DNA from: an uncultured Marinoscillum sp.
Lineage (GTDB): Bacteria > Bacteroidota > Bacteroidia > Cytophagales > MED-G16
Assembly (NCBI GenBank): GCA_902634135.1
Contig: CACPJB010000002.1
Coordinates: 24-64,023 of the forward strand
Reading direction: 5' to 3'
Length of the DNA stretch: 64,000 bases
The notes beneath the pieces are model-generated. The model had not been told where the DNA came from. It was given only the letters and a program-made list of their open reading frames with translations, and made no database searches. Each line of letters opens with the position of its first letter. The first letter of the stretch is position 1. Shown here piece after piece: positions 1 to 10,469 of the stretch. The translations under genes and the position numbers were made by a program.

Positions 1-641
1 AAATTGCTCAAACAGATTATGAAACTTTGACTCCGGTCGATATAACTTATTCAGATGAAGCTGTAAATCTTGCTAAAAAAATATTTCAGTTAAGTATTAC
101 TGGAAAATGTACTTCATCAGAAATTGCATTAGAAGCTGCTAAAATTATGTTTACTAATGAAAAAGATTTTGCTGTAGCAAAATTTATATCTAGTAGAGAA
201 TTATCTTCAAAAAACTACGAAACTGCTTTACAATATTGTGATGCTGCTATAGAAAGTACAGATGATAACAATAAAAAATCTGAAATGTTTTTAAGAAAAG
301 CACAGGTTTATCAGGTTATTGGAAATAAAGTTAAATCTAGAAATAATGCTAGAAAATCTATATCATTGAACTCAAGTAATACCGATGGCTATAATCTGAT
401 TGGAAATTTATATATGTCATCTTATGATGACTGTAGAGAAGGAAAAAGTAGAGTTCAGGATAGATTGGTGTTTATTGCAGCTTATAATATTTTTAAAAGT
501 GGGGGTCTTAACTCAAAAGCCAATCAAGCTCGTGAGCAGTTCCCTTCAATGGAGGAAATATTTAATGAAAACCTTGAAGTAGGTGAATCTATGAATACTG
601 GATGTTGGATAAATGAAACTGTAACTTTAAATAAAAGATAA
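1..641 (+). CDS. Tetratricopeptide-repeat protein, 5'-truncated by the window
   Basis: Frame is open back to position 3. TPR-like helices (YETALQYCDAAI, GYNLIGNLY) and a C-terminal 'GCWINETV' tail typical of the Bacteroidota TPR gene found upstream of lptC. Confidence 0.75.
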   Translation, partial: IAQTDYETLTPVDITYSDEAVNLAKKIFQLSITGKCTSSEIALEAAKIMFTNEKDFAVAKFISSRELSSKNYETALQYCDAAIESTDDNNKKSEMFLRKAQVYQVIGNKVKSRNNARKSISLNSSNTDGYNLIGNLYMSSYDDCREGKSRVQDRLVFIAAYNIFKSGGLNSKANQAREQFPSMEEIFNENLEVGESMNTGCWINETVTLNKR

Positions 642-1981
642 TGAAAAATTTTAGTATTGATCAGTTTATATCTAGTGTTCCTGTTTTAAGATTATTTGGT
701 AAAAACTTAGCTCTAAATGCAGGTATAGCTTTTGTCATTCAGGATTTTTTGATCCCTTTATATAAACAATATATCTTTAATATTGTTGTTGGGTTGATTG
801 TATTTGGATTATTTTCTTTGTTTTATTGGTTTTTAATATATAAAAGCAAGAAAAAAAACTTTGCTCATTTTTCTTTTCAAGTTTCTGTAGTCAGTATTAT
901 TTTATCAATAATGGTAGGAGCTTTAAGCTCAGTCTCAAAAGCGCTTTCATCTGATGACAGAGGTATATTAGCATCTAATGTAGATTTTGTTGCAGATCTT
1001 CAGGATAATACAAATATTTATAATGAAGACATTCAGTCTCTCGGAAGAGATATATCTAAAGTTTCTAATCAATTTTCCGAATTACAAAGTGATCTTTCAA
1101 CATTATCTGAACAAATATCATCTCAACTTTCTGAGGAAGGAAATCCATTAGATGAAGAAGAGTTTTTAGATAAAATTTCAACTCTTATTGATGAAAAAGG
1201 ATTATCTAATGAGACTGTTATTTTAAATGATGATGATTCAGAAGAAGTTAAAGAATTAAAGAAGAATTTAGATATTGCAACTGAACTTCTAAGGCAGGTT
1301 ACTCTTGCAAATGTAAATCTCCAAAAAAGAGATGAAATTGTAGAAGAATCACTGAATGCCGATAGCTTAGTTTATTACATTGATGATTTAAAGAGTGATG
1401 TTAATGATCTTAGAAATTTTTCATTACAACTATTAGCAAACACTGCTTTGGCTGATTCTCGATCTGAATTTAATAATTTTAAAAATGAAACTAAAAAAGA
1501 GTTAGAAGACTTTAAGTTATTTACTTCAAATCAAATTCAAGAGATTAAAGAATTATCAAATGAGATCTTGAATAACTATAATAGAAATCCAGGTAAATCA
1601 GATAATAATTTATCAAAAGAGCTTAAAGATTTATCTAAAGCAATGGAAAAGAATAACTCAAAGAGCTCTATTATAGATGAAAATTATTTAGAAGAAATAG
1701 TAGAGACCTATCAAGAATTGGCTCAAAAAATCGAAAATAATTCAGTTCAAACTGATTTAAAAGAAATTAAAGAAGAAATAGCAAATCTTTCCAGTTCTAA
1801 AACAACAATGGATCCTGCTGTAATTGAAAAAATAAATTCAGCTCCAGATGGTGGTATAAACAATTCAGCTGGATTATCTGAGCTCAAATATTATATAGTC
1901 GAATTAATGAAGGACCAAAATGAAATTAGACAAATAGTTAAGGATTTGAGAGAGCTCCTAGAAAAAAATGAAGAAAATTAA
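641..1981 (+). CDS. Hypothetical membrane-anchored coiled-coil protein
   Basis: 446 aa with about 3 hydrophobic N-terminal segments followed by about 340 aa of acidic heptad-like sequence. Overlaps both neighbours by TAATG. Confidence 0.7.
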   Translation: MKNFSIDQFISSVPVLRLFGKNLALNAGIAFVIQDFLIPLYKQYIFNIVVGLIVFGLFSLFYWFLIYKSKKKNFAHFSFQVSVVSIILSIMVGALSSVSKALSSDDRGILASNVDFVADLQDNTNIYNEDIQSLGRDISKVSNQFSELQSDLSTLSEQISSQLSEEGNPLDEEEFLDKISTLIDEKGLSNETVILNDDDSEEVKELKKNLDIATELLRQVTLANVNLQKRDEIVEESLNADSLVYYIDDLKSDVNDLRNFSLQLLANTALADSRSEFNNFKNETKKELEDFKLFTSNQIQEIKELSNEILNNYNRNPGKSDNNLSKELKDLSKAMEKNNSKSSIIDENYLEEIVETYQELAQKIENNSVQTDLKEIKEEIANLSSSKTTMDPAVIEKINSAPDGGINNSAGLSELKYYIVELMKDQNEIRQIVKDLRELLEKNEEN

Positions 1982-2505
1982 TGCCTTATTTTTTTCTAGT
2001 ATCATTATTCTTTTTTTTATCGTGTTCAAATAATAATCAAATTCAAAACATGGATCTCTATGAAGGACCCATAGTTGAGATAAAGGATTTAAATACTTTT
2101 TTTTCCGACTCTGCTCAAGTTAGATTTAAGTTAATATCAGATATATATCAGGTTTTTGAATCTGGTGAAGAACAATACCCTAAAGGGTTATATATGGATA
2201 TTTATTCTAAAGATTCAGATTTAATTTCGGCATCTTTTAAGGCAAATTATGTTATTAAATTTGAAAATGAAAATTATTATTTAGCAACTGGTAATGTGAT
2301 TCTATTTAATTACAGTACTAGTGATGAATTAAGAACTGAGGAACTTTTTTGGTATCCAAATGATGAGAAATTTATTTCAGAAAAATTTGTTACAATAAAG
2401 ACTGGAAATGAATTACATACTGGAGAGGGGATGGTATCTAATCAAGATTTTTCTGATTATGAAATTTTAAAGCCTGCGGGAGTTATAGAAGTTGATGAAA
2501 ACTAA
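1981..2505 (+). CDS. lptC: LPS export ABC transporter periplasmic protein LptC
   Basis: Lipobox-like start (FLSC) and motifs FSDSA, YPKG, ATGNV, LRTEELFW, SEKFVTI, GEGM.SNQDF. Confidence 0.85.
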   Translation: MPYFFLVSLFFFLSCSNNNQIQNMDLYEGPIVEIKDLNTFFSDSAQVRFKLISDIYQVFESGEEQYPKGLYMDIYSKDSDLISASFKANYVIKFENENYYLATGNVILFNYSTSDELRTEELFWYPNDEKFISEKFVTIKTGNELHTGEGMVSNQDFSDYEILKPAGVIEVDEN

Positions 2506-2641
2506 ATACCTTTTTCTAATAATTGGAACAGTTTTATTTTTGTATGCTATTTATTTAAGTGTATCAATAGGCTTTTTAGATTCATACATTGTTTTCATGT
2601 TATCATTTGTTGTCTTATTTATTTATAAATTAAAGGAATAA
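2495..2641 (+). CDS. Small two-helix membrane protein (48 aa, not in the ORF track)
   Basis: ATG 2495 to TAA 2641, MKTKYLFLIIGTVLFLYAIYLSVSIGFLDSYIVFMLSFVVLFIYKLKE. Overlaps the lptC end and fills the gap before the next gene. Confidence 0.55.
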   Translation: MKTKYLFLIIGTVLFLYAIYLSVSIGFLDSYIVFMLSFVVLFIYKLKE

Positions 2642-2714
2642 ATGAATGAAATTTATATGCAAATGATTCAGATTTATTAATAAAAAATTTAATTTTGGCA
2701 TCCAAATAAAAGAT

Positions 2715-4805
2715 ATGGCAATAATTAGCACACTTAGAGATAAAATGGGGAAATTCCTCGTAGTAGTAGTGGGATTCTCCATTGCAGCTTTTGTATTAGG
2801 TGATATTTTAGGTCCTAACTCTTCAATAGGTAATCCGAACCAAAACACAGTTGGAGAAATTAATGGTGAAGAAATAGATCTAATTAGATTTAATTCTGTT
2901 TTTGAACAATTATCTTACAATTTTTCTCTAAATAATGGAAGATCACCAAATTCTCAAGAAATGGCAGGTATTAGAGATCAGGCTTGGGAAAAATTAATTA
3001 ATGATATTAGTTATAACGAACAGTATAATAAACTTGGATTAACTGTTACTGATAGGGAATCTGTTGACATGGTACAAGGTGATAATATTCACCCAATGAT
3101 TTTACAGGCATTTACCGACCCTAATACAGGATCTTTTAGTATCGATAATATAATAGGATACCTTCAAAATTTATCAACCCAACCTGTAAATCAGCAACAA
3201 GCTTGGTTTTCATTTGAAGCTAATTTAAAGCCTATGAGGCTTAGAACGAAATATGATAACTTGATAAGTCAAACAACGTTTATTAATACACTTCAATCCC
3301 AAGCAGAGTATTTTAACTCTTCAAATGTAGTTGACATATCTTACTATTTTATACCTTTTTATAAAGTTCCCGATTCTTTATTTCAAGTATCAACTGCAGA
3401 AATGAATAATTTTCTTAGAAAAAATAAAGATGATTATAAACAAGAGGAATCAAGATCTATAAATTTTGTTTATTTTCCATTATCACCTTCACAGGAAGAT
3501 TCAACATTTGTACTTTCTGATATAAATGAAATAAAATCTAGTTTAAGTAATAATAAAATTAATGATTCAACATTTGCATTATTAAATTCTGATGGATTTA
3601 ATCCATATACCAAATTTAATATAGATCAACTGCCTGAAGAATTAGTTGGAAAGGGTATTGGGTATACCTCAGACATTATATTTAGAGACGGTGGAATTTT
3701 GCTTTATAAATTATCTGATATTGTACAAGATGACAAATATAAAGCCAGAGCTAAACATATTTTATTAAAATTTAATGATCAAAATAAACAAGATGTTAGA
3801 TCTGAAGCTTTAAGAATTTTGTCCCTTCTTAGAAATGGAAGTGATTTTGATGAAACAGCAAGAACATATAGTGAAGATGGGTCTGCTTCATTAGGTGGAG
3901 ATTTAGGCTGGTTTTCTGAGGATGTAATGGTTAAACCTTTTCAAGATGCTGTTTTTTCTAGAAAGAGAGCTGGCTTAATACCTAGAATTATTGAATCAGA
4001 CTTTGGCTTTCATATTATTAATGTTACTCAGCCAAAAACAAAGGAATCATATATGGTTACAACTATTATGAAAGAGATTATTCCAAGCGATAATACCAGA
4101 AACAATGTTTACAGAGATGCTGAGTTATTTAAAATAGATGCTTTATCTTCAAATGATTCATTTGAGGAAATAACTTTGAAAAATAATTATTCCTTAGAAT
4201 CTGTAGAGAATATTGATAAAAATACATCTTCAATCTCTAATTTGTCAGATGCAAGAAGCGTTGTACTTTGGGCATATGCTGATGATAGATCTGTAAATGA
4301 TATATCAGATGTTATTGAATTAAATAATGGATATGTTGTCTCTTTTTTAAGTGATATGACTAAAAAAGGCACAAAAAAATTAGATGATGTTGAAAATTCG
4401 GTTAGAAAAAAAATACTTGATGAAAAAAAGTTTAAATATTTCTCTGGAATGTTTGATAGTTATTCCTCGCTAGATGATATAAAAAATTTATATGATGGAG
4501 GGGAGATAAATAATATGGATGATTTAGATTTTAATTCTAATTCTATTCAAAATGTGGGATTTGCTCCAGAGGCAATTGGTGTTGCTTTCTCAATGAATGA
4601 AGGTGAATTGACAAAACCAATTAAAATTGATGATGGATTAATTATTATTCAACTTAATGGATTAAGTCAGGTGGATTCACTACAATCCTATTCAGATTAT
4701 GGTACATCTTTACTTCAGGCTAATAAGTTTACTTCATCTTTAAAAATTGATAAGGCAATTAAAGAATTTTCAAAAATAGAAGATTTAAGATATAAATTCT
4801 TCTAA
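2715..4805 (+). CDS. PpiD/SurA-N-domain parvulin peptidyl-prolyl isomerase
   Basis: N-terminal membrane anchor, SurA_N-like region, rotamase motifs ARAKHILL, SED.SA..GGDLGWF, ESDFGFHII. Confidence 0.9.
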   Translation: MAIISTLRDKMGKFLVVVVGFSIAAFVLGDILGPNSSIGNPNQNTVGEINGEEIDLIRFNSVFEQLSYNFSLNNGRSPNSQEMAGIRDQAWEKLINDISYNEQYNKLGLTVTDRESVDMVQGDNIHPMILQAFTDPNTGSFSIDNIIGYLQNLSTQPVNQQQAWFSFEANLKPMRLRTKYDNLISQTTFINTLQSQAEYFNSSNVVDISYYFIPFYKVPDSLFQVSTAEMNNFLRKNKDDYKQEESRSINFVYFPLSPSQEDSTFVLSDINEIKSSLSNNKINDSTFALLNSDGFNPYTKFNIDQLPEELVGKGIGYTSDIIFRDGGILLYKLSDIVQDDKYKARAKHILLKFNDQNKQDVRSEALRILSLLRNGSDFDETARTYSEDGSASLGGDLGWFSEDVMVKPFQDAVFSRKRAGLIPRIIESDFGFHIINVTQPKTKESYMVTTIMKEIIPSDNTRNNVYRDAELFKIDALSSNDSFEEITLKNNYSLESVENIDKNTSSISNLSDARSVVLWAYADDRSVNDISDVIELNNGYVVSFLSDMTKKGTKKLDDVENSVRKKILDEKKFKYFSGMFDSYSSLDDIKNLYDGGEINNMDDLDFNSNSIQNVGFAPEAIGVAFSMNEGELTKPIKIDDGLIIIQLNGLSQVDSLQSYSDYGTSLLQANKFTSSLKIDKAIKEFSKIEDLRYKFF

Positions 4806-4808
4806 TTA

Positions 4809-5066
4809 ATGATTGGTTCAGATAGTTTTAAAAAATCCTTAGATGTTGAATATAATTTTCCCTCTAAGTATAATTTTAAATTCATAGTAGCTACTAAGGA
4901 AAAAAATAAAGTAATAGACCTTTTACCAAAAGCTAAAATTGCTGAAAAAAAATCAAGAAGTGGTAAATATACATCTGTAACTATGACTTCAGTCGTGAAA
5001 AATTCCTCTGAAATACTTTATATTTATGAAAAAGCTTCAAAAATTAAAGGGGTTATTTCATTGTAA
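4809..5066 (+). CDS. DUF493 (YbeD-like) family protein
   Basis: FPS.Y.FKFIV, SRSGKYTSVT and GVISL C-terminus. Confidence 0.85.
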   Translation: MIGSDSFKKSLDVEYNFPSKYNFKFIVATKEKNKVIDLLPKAKIAEKKSRSGKYTSVTMTSVVKNSSEILYIYEKASKIKGVISL

Positions 5067-5067
5067 T

Positions 5068-5298
5068 ATGTGGACTATATCAGATAATAAATTAAAAAGA
5101 GAATTTGTTTTTAAAGATTTCAAAGAGTCAATATCTTTCATTAATAAGATTTCTATTATTGCTGAAAAATATAATCATCATCCCGAAATATTTAACGTTT
5201 ACAATAAGGTTATAATAACATTGTGTACACACGATAAAGGTTCAGTCGTAACTGATAAAGATTATAATTTAGCAAATAAAATAGATGAATTATTATGA
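5068..5298 (+). CDS. Pterin-4-alpha-carbinolamine dehydratase
   Basis: F.FKDF, NHHPE, L.THD, VTDKD..LA motifs. Start moved to ATG 5068, just after the upstream stop. Confidence 0.9.
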   Translation: MWTISDNKLKREFVFKDFKESISFINKISIIAEKYNHHPEIFNVYNKVIITLCTHDKGSVVTDKDYNLANKIDELL

Positions 5299-5978
5299 GT
5301 AAAAGTTATGTTTTAAATATTATCCCTACCCCAATTGGAAATTTAGAAGATATTACTTTTAGATCATTAGATACATTAAAAAAATCAGATTATATTTTAT
5401 GTGAAGACACTAGAGTTTCAAAAAAACTATTATCAAAATATAATATAGACGTTCCTTTGGTTTCTTTTCATTCCTATAATGAACACAAAACAGTTCAAAA
5501 ACATATAGATCAAATTCTTGATGGTAAGACGATATCTTTAATATCTGATGCTGGCACTCCATCTATCTCAGACCCAGGTTTTTTAATTGTAAGGGAGTCT
5601 ATTATTAATGATATTGAAATAAATTGCTTACCTGGACCAACAGCATTAATTCCTGCAATTGTTAATTCTGGATTGTCTTCAGATAGATTTATTTTTGAGG
5701 GATTCATTCCTAATAAAAAAGGTCGAACTAAAAGACTTAAAAGCTTAGTAGATGAAGAGAGATCTATAATTATTTATGAGTCTCCAAAAAAAATATTAAG
5801 ATTACTAAATAATTTAATTAGCTTTTTGGGTGAGAAAAGAAAAGCTTCTGTTTCAAGAGAATTATCAAAAATTTATCAAGAAAATATCAGAGGTACTTTA
5901 AAAGAATTATACGATAAATTTGAAAACAAAAATATTAAAGGTGAATTAGTAATAGTTATTGATGGTAATAAAAATTAA
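5295..5978 (+). CDS. rsmI: 16S rRNA (cytidine1402-2'-O)-methyltransferase
   Basis: PTPIGNLEDIT.R, CEDTR, SDAGTP.ISDPG, YESP, RELSK, KGE.V motifs. Confidence 0.95.
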   Translation: MSKSYVLNIIPTPIGNLEDITFRSLDTLKKSDYILCEDTRVSKKLLSKYNIDVPLVSFHSYNEHKTVQKHIDQILDGKTISLISDAGTPSISDPGFLIVRESIINDIEINCLPGPTALIPAIVNSGLSSDRFIFEGFIPNKKGRTKRLKSLVDEERSIIIYESPKKILRLLNNLISFLGEKRKASVSRELSKIYQENIRGTLKELYDKFENKNIKGELVIVIDGNKN

Positions 5979-7122
5979 ACACTTTCTTCTATCTAGTTTA
6001 TTGCTTGTATTTTCTTTATCTCTCCAAGGTAATGATGAGACAGAGTTTTCAATAATTACAATTGGTCCTTATGAATCTGAGTTATATAGTGCATTTGGTC
6101 ATAGTGGGATAAGATATTTAGATAAAAAGAATGATATTGATCATTTTTATAACTATGGAATTTTTGATTTTAATCAACCTAATTTTTATATAAATTTTTT
6201 AAATGGGAAGCTCCTATACATGGTAGCTAAGTATAATTATAAAACTGCTGAGAAATATTATATTAATCAAGATAGATATGTTAAAGAGCAAGTACTAATT
6301 TTAACTGAATCAGAGAAAATTTTTTTATATAATTATTTAGAACAGAATATAAGGCCTGAAAATAGAACCTATTTATATAATTATGTATATAATAATTGTG
6401 CAACCAAGATTAGAGATGTATTATCAGTTGTATATGGAGAAGATTTGGAATTTATTTCGATGCCTGAAAATAAATCTTTTCGGGAGCTTATGGATTTATA
6501 TTTATTTAATAATAAATGGGGAGATTTAGGGATTGATATTTGTCTTGGCCCTGAAATTGATTATAATGTTTCTTTTAATGAAGAAATGTTTCTTCCAGAA
6601 TATTTATTTAAAGGTATAGGTGATGCATTAATTAATGGAGATAAAAAGATTATTTCGAAAACCAATATTATTAATACTCAGAAAGCTTTATTTCAAAATC
6701 ATTTTTTGAATCCTTTTTTTGTGTTTTTAATCTTTTTTATTTTATCAATATACTTATCATTTCGACAAATTAAGTATCATATTAATTATATATTTTTTGA
6801 TGTTTTAACTTTTTTAGTCTCAGGTATAATAGGATGTCTTTTGGTATATTTATGGGTTTTTACTGATCATTTGTCTGCTTTTAATTTTAATATAATATGG
6901 GCAATGCCACTTAATATAATTATTGGTATTTTATTATTAATTAATCTAAAGTCAAACCTAATTAAATGGTATTTCTTTTTATATGGCATATTATTATCTT
7001 CTCTTTTAATTTTATGGAAATGGATTCCTCAAAATTTAAATGAAGTTCTAATTTTATTTGTTATTGGAATAGTTGTTAGATTATTTGTTAATTTCATTAG
7101 TTTATCTAAAATGAAATCATAA
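5959..7122 (+). CDS. DUF4105-domain membrane protein (Lnb-type lipoprotein N-acyltransferase family candidate)
   Basis: LYSAFGHS, YNYG.FDF, Y.YN..YNNCATK motifs (His/Cys) followed by several C-terminal TM helices. Confidence 0.75.
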   Translation: MMVIKIKHFLLSSLLLVFSLSLQGNDETEFSIITIGPYESELYSAFGHSGIRYLDKKNDIDHFYNYGIFDFNQPNFYINFLNGKLLYMVAKYNYKTAEKYYINQDRYVKEQVLILTESEKIFLYNYLEQNIRPENRTYLYNYVYNNCATKIRDVLSVVYGEDLEFISMPENKSFRELMDLYLFNNKWGDLGIDICLGPEIDYNVSFNEEMFLPEYLFKGIGDALINGDKKIISKTNIINTQKALFQNHFLNPFFVFLIFFILSIYLSFRQIKYHINYIFFDVLTFLVSGIIGCLLVYLWVFTDHLSAFNFNIIWAMPLNIIIGILLLINLKSNLIKWYFFLYGILLSSLLILWKWIPQNLNEVLILFVIGIVVRLFVNFISLSKMKS

Positions 7123-7560
7123 TATATTTTGAAGAATTACATCCATCTCATATCCTTTGTTTATTAAGTGAGCAATAAGTTTGTTCCTATCAGGTTGTTT
7201 TAGTTTTTGATTATATACTTCTATATTTTTTTTTAAAACATTTAAGTAAGTTTCTTCATCTATACTTGCAATACCTATTGTGACTTCATTTGATGATAGC
7301 CCCTTATTTTTTAGATGAAATTTAATTTTATTTTTTCCCCATCTATTGTTATTATTTTTTCCTCTTGAAAAAGATTTTGAAAACCTTATGTTATTAAGAA
7401 AGTCTAACTCAACAAGTCTTTTAATACAACTAATTATAACTTTTTGACTAAAGTTTTTTTTTTTAAGTTTATCTCTTACCTCCTTTTCTGATCGCTCTCT
7501 ATAACTGCAAAATTTCATTGCTATTTGAAATGCATCATCTGCAGTTAGATTACTTAACAT
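7117..7560 (-). CDS. recX: Regulatory protein RecX
   Basis: FCSYRERSEKEV..KL, FLN..RF, WG.NKI...L..KG, L.NKGYE. Confidence 0.9.
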   Translation of the reverse strand: MLSNLTADDAFQIAMKFCSYRERSEKEVRDKLKKKNFSQKVIISCIKRLVELDFLNNIRFSKSFSRGKNNNNRWGKNKIKFHLKNKGLSSNEVTIGIASIDEETYLNVLKKNIEVYNQKLKQPDRNKLIAHLINKGYEMDVILQNIL

Positions 7561-8023
7561 AACCTTTTCTATTTAAAATACTTTTAAGAAAACGAATCTC
7601 ATTTTCATTATTAAAAACTCTGAAAGGAAAAATTATAAATTGTACAATATTAAGCTTAAACAAAAAACCATCACTTTGAATTTTTACTTTCTTTATAGTA
7701 TCCCATTTTATTGGCATTCCTTGCTTATTATTAATTTTCATCATGATTTGATTACTAGATATTTCATAAGATAATCTCTCAAACATATAACTACTTTGTT
7801 CTACTTGAGTAACACCAAAAAATTGTATTAACCAGAAAATTATATATATAAATAAAGCTATTGTGCCACCAAATATCCACCATAGAGATGGAATAAAATA
7901 ATGCATTCCACATATTGAAAAATAAATAATTAACACCCACCATTGTTCACCAAGTAGATTAAAAAATCCTTTTTTTATATATTGACTTTTATTCATTTGA
8001 AATTTTTTAGTTCTTATAATCAT
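7550..8023 (-). CDS. YcxB-like membrane protein
   Basis: Two TM helices followed by a small beta domain (I.W..IKKV, F.IFP.R.F). Confidence 0.65.
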   Translation of the reverse strand: MIIRTKKFQMNKSQYIKKGFFNLLGEQWWVLIIYFSICGMHYFIPSLWWIFGGTIALFIYIIFWLIQFFGVTQVEQSSYMFERLSYEISSNQIMMKINNKQGMPIKWDTIKKVKIQSDGFLFKLNIVQFIIFPFRVFNNENEIRFLKSILNRKGYVK

Positions 8024-8394
8024 AATTTTTTATCTATTTTGAATTTTTGAACAATATACTTTTTGTCTGAATTATAAAGAGTCAAAAATACTTTGTAAAT
8101 ATCGTTATTAGACGAATACTCACCAAGAATATAAATTAGATTCTTTTCGGAATTTCCCTTATGAACGATTTTAAATTTATTTATATCATTTTTATCAAAG
8201 AAACTATCCAATGCCTTAGTTTGTTGGAAATTATTTCCCTTATATATCTTATCGTTAATTATTAGTTCACTTTTTAAATTTAAATATTTCGCTATGTCTT
8301 TAGTGCTTCTTATTTCTAATGAGCTTAATAAATTATCTATTGAATTTGTATTAATTAAAATAATAAATAGATGTACATATAAGAATTTCATCAT
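8020..8394 (-). CDS. DUF4783 family exported protein
   Basis: Signal-like N-terminus, L..FF..N....F...H.G.S, YI.G.Y pattern; divergent from gpmI. Confidence 0.65.
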   Translation of the reverse strand: MMKFLYVHLFIILINTNSIDNLLSSLEIRSTKDIAKYLNLKSELIINDKIYKGNNFQQTKALDSFFDKNDINKFKIVHKGNSEKNLIYILGEYSSNNDIYKVFLTLYNSDKKYIVQKFKIDKKL

Positions 8395-8452
8395 AATAAA
8401 TCTTTTGAAAAATAATGTAAATACCTAGAATTCAATAATTAATTTTACAATT

Positions 8453-9970
8453 ATGAGTGAAAAAGTGATTCTTTTGATTATGGATGGTTGGGGTATTGGA
8501 GCCTCAACTGATAATTCGGCAGTATATAAAGCGAAAACTCCATTTTATGACAACTCACTAATTCAATATCCAAATTCTAAATTATCAGCATCAGGTGAAG
8601 ATGTTGGGCTTCCCTCAGGTCAAATGGGTAATTCTGAGGTTGGTCATATGAACATTGGGGCAGGAAGAGTAGTTGATCAAGATTTAATTAGACTAAATAA
8701 ATCTTTATCAAATGATGGAATTAAAAATAAGGAAGATTTTATTTCAGCAGTAGAATATGCAACTAAAAATAATTCAACTTTTCATTTGACTGGTCTTTTT
8801 TCTGATGGTGGAGTTCACTCACATTCGGACCATTTATATTTTATATTGGATTACCTTAAAAAAACTTCATTATCAAAAATTAGTTTGCATCTTTTTACAG
8901 ATGGGAGAGATTGTAAACCAAAAGATAGTTACAGTCAAATTGCCAAATTAATTTCTTATATAGAGGGAACAAACATTTCAATAGCATCAGTTTCTGGAAG
9001 ATATTATTCTATGGATAGAGATAATAGGTGGGAAAGAACAAAATTAGCTTACGATGCGATTGTTAATGGAATAGGGATAGAGTCACGTGATATTTTATCT
9101 TCAATTCAAACATCTTATTCTGAAGGGATAACAGATGAGTTCATCAAACCAATAGTATGCATTAAAGATAACAAACAACCTATTTCTAAAATTGAAAACG
9201 ATGATATTGTTTTTTGTTTTAATTATAGGTCTGATAGAATGCGTCAAATGTCAAGAGTTCTAACTCAAGAGGATAATGTTGATTTTGATATGAAAAAGCT
9301 AAAATTAAAATATTTAACACTCACTCAGTATGATGAAAGTTTCAAGAATATTTCAGTTTTATATTCAAAAGAAAATATTAAAAATACTCTAGGAGAAGTT
9401 TTATCAAATAACTCGAAAAAACAATTGAGGATAGCCGAAACAGAGAAGTATCCTCATGTTACATTTTTCTTTTCAGGTGGAAGAGAGAAAGAATTTGATT
9501 TTGAGAAAAGGATATTATGCCCATCGCCTAAGGTTGCCACCTATGATTTGAAACCAGAAATGAGTGCTATAGATGTATCTGAAAAATTTATTTCTGAGGT
9601 AAATGCAAGATCATTTGATTTTGCTTGTTTAAACTTTGCAAATCCAGACATGGTGGGTCATACTGGAGATTTTGATGCTGCAGTTAAAGCTTGCGAAGTT
9701 GTAGATAAGGAAGTTTCTAAAATTGTGGAAGTTGCAAATAAGAATGGATATACTATTTTATTAACAGCTGATCACGGTAATGCAGAACTGATGAGAAATG
9801 AAGATGGTTCCCCTCATACTTATCATACTACAAACCTTGTTCCTTTTATTGTCTTTTCTAAAAATAATTATTCTCCTAAAGACGGTAAGCTCGGTGATAT
9901 AGCTCCAACAGTTCTTAAAATTATGGGTATCGATATACCAACTGAAATGTCAGGAAACATCCTTATATAA
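8453..9970 (+). CDS. gpmI: 2,3-bisphosphoglycerate-independent phosphoglycerate mutase
   Basis: LIMDGWG, GQMGNSEVGH, DGGVHSH, AETEKYPHVTFFF, NPDMVGHTG, TADHGNAE. Confidence 0.97.
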   Translation: MSEKVILLIMDGWGIGASTDNSAVYKAKTPFYDNSLIQYPNSKLSASGEDVGLPSGQMGNSEVGHMNIGAGRVVDQDLIRLNKSLSNDGIKNKEDFISAVEYATKNNSTFHLTGLFSDGGVHSHSDHLYFILDYLKKTSLSKISLHLFTDGRDCKPKDSYSQIAKLISYIEGTNISIASVSGRYYSMDRDNRWERTKLAYDAIVNGIGIESRDILSSIQTSYSEGITDEFIKPIVCIKDNKQPISKIENDDIVFCFNYRSDRMRQMSRVLTQEDNVDFDMKKLKLKYLTLTQYDESFKNISVLYSKENIKNTLGEVLSNNSKKQLRIAETEKYPHVTFFFSGGREKEFDFEKRILCPSPKVATYDLKPEMSAIDVSEKFISEVNARSFDFACLNFANPDMVGHTGDFDAAVKACEVVDKEVSKIVEVANKNGYTILLTADHGNAELMRNEDGSPHTYHTTNLVPFIVFSKNNYSPKDGKLGDIAPTVLKIMGIDIPTEMSGNILI

Positions 9971-10022
9971 AAACTTTTAAAATATATATTTTATATTCGC
10001 TTTTTAAGTAAATATATATCTG

Positions 10023-10463
10023 TTGAGAAAATTTTTATTAATATTTTTATTCCTCTCTTGTGAAAATCATGAAGTTTTAGACCCTAATCCTACAGATATG
10101 GAAATTAGTTTGGCTAAAGAAAAATGGGAAAATAAAAATTTTAATAACTATGAATATACACTCGAAGTATCATGTTATTGTTTTAACGATGGTCCTAATG
10201 ATATTGAAATCAAAAACAATGATTTATTTAAAGTTAATGGTAAATCTGTAACATTAGAACAGTTACAGAATGAGTATTGGGACGTGAAAACAATAGAGGA
10301 GTTATTTAATATCATAGATTCGAAATTAGAAGATGATCCTTTTAGCTATTCATTAAAATTTGACGAAAATTATGGTTTTCCAATTGATATATATTTCGAT
10401 ATGGAAGAAATGATTGCAGATGAGGAAATCGGTTATAAAATATCTTATTTTCAAATAAATTAA
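10023..10463 (+). CDS. Lipoprotein, DUF6174-like
   Basis: Lipobox FLSC; W......Y.Y....SC.C, TIEELF, YGFP..I..D....IADEE. TTG start. Confidence 0.65.
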   Translation: MRKFLLIFLFLSCENHEVLDPNPTDMEISLAKEKWENKNFNNYEYTLEVSCYCFNDGPNDIEIKNNDLFKVNGKSVTLEQLQNEYWDVKTIEELFNIIDSKLEDDPFSYSLKFDENYGFPIDIYFDMEEMIADEEIGYKISYFQIN

Positions 10464-10469
10464 TTAATT

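Noticed and set aside
9971-10022. attL-like duplication of the tRNA-Val 3' end at the far side of the islet
   Set aside because: No copy of the tRNA 3' sequence was found by eye.
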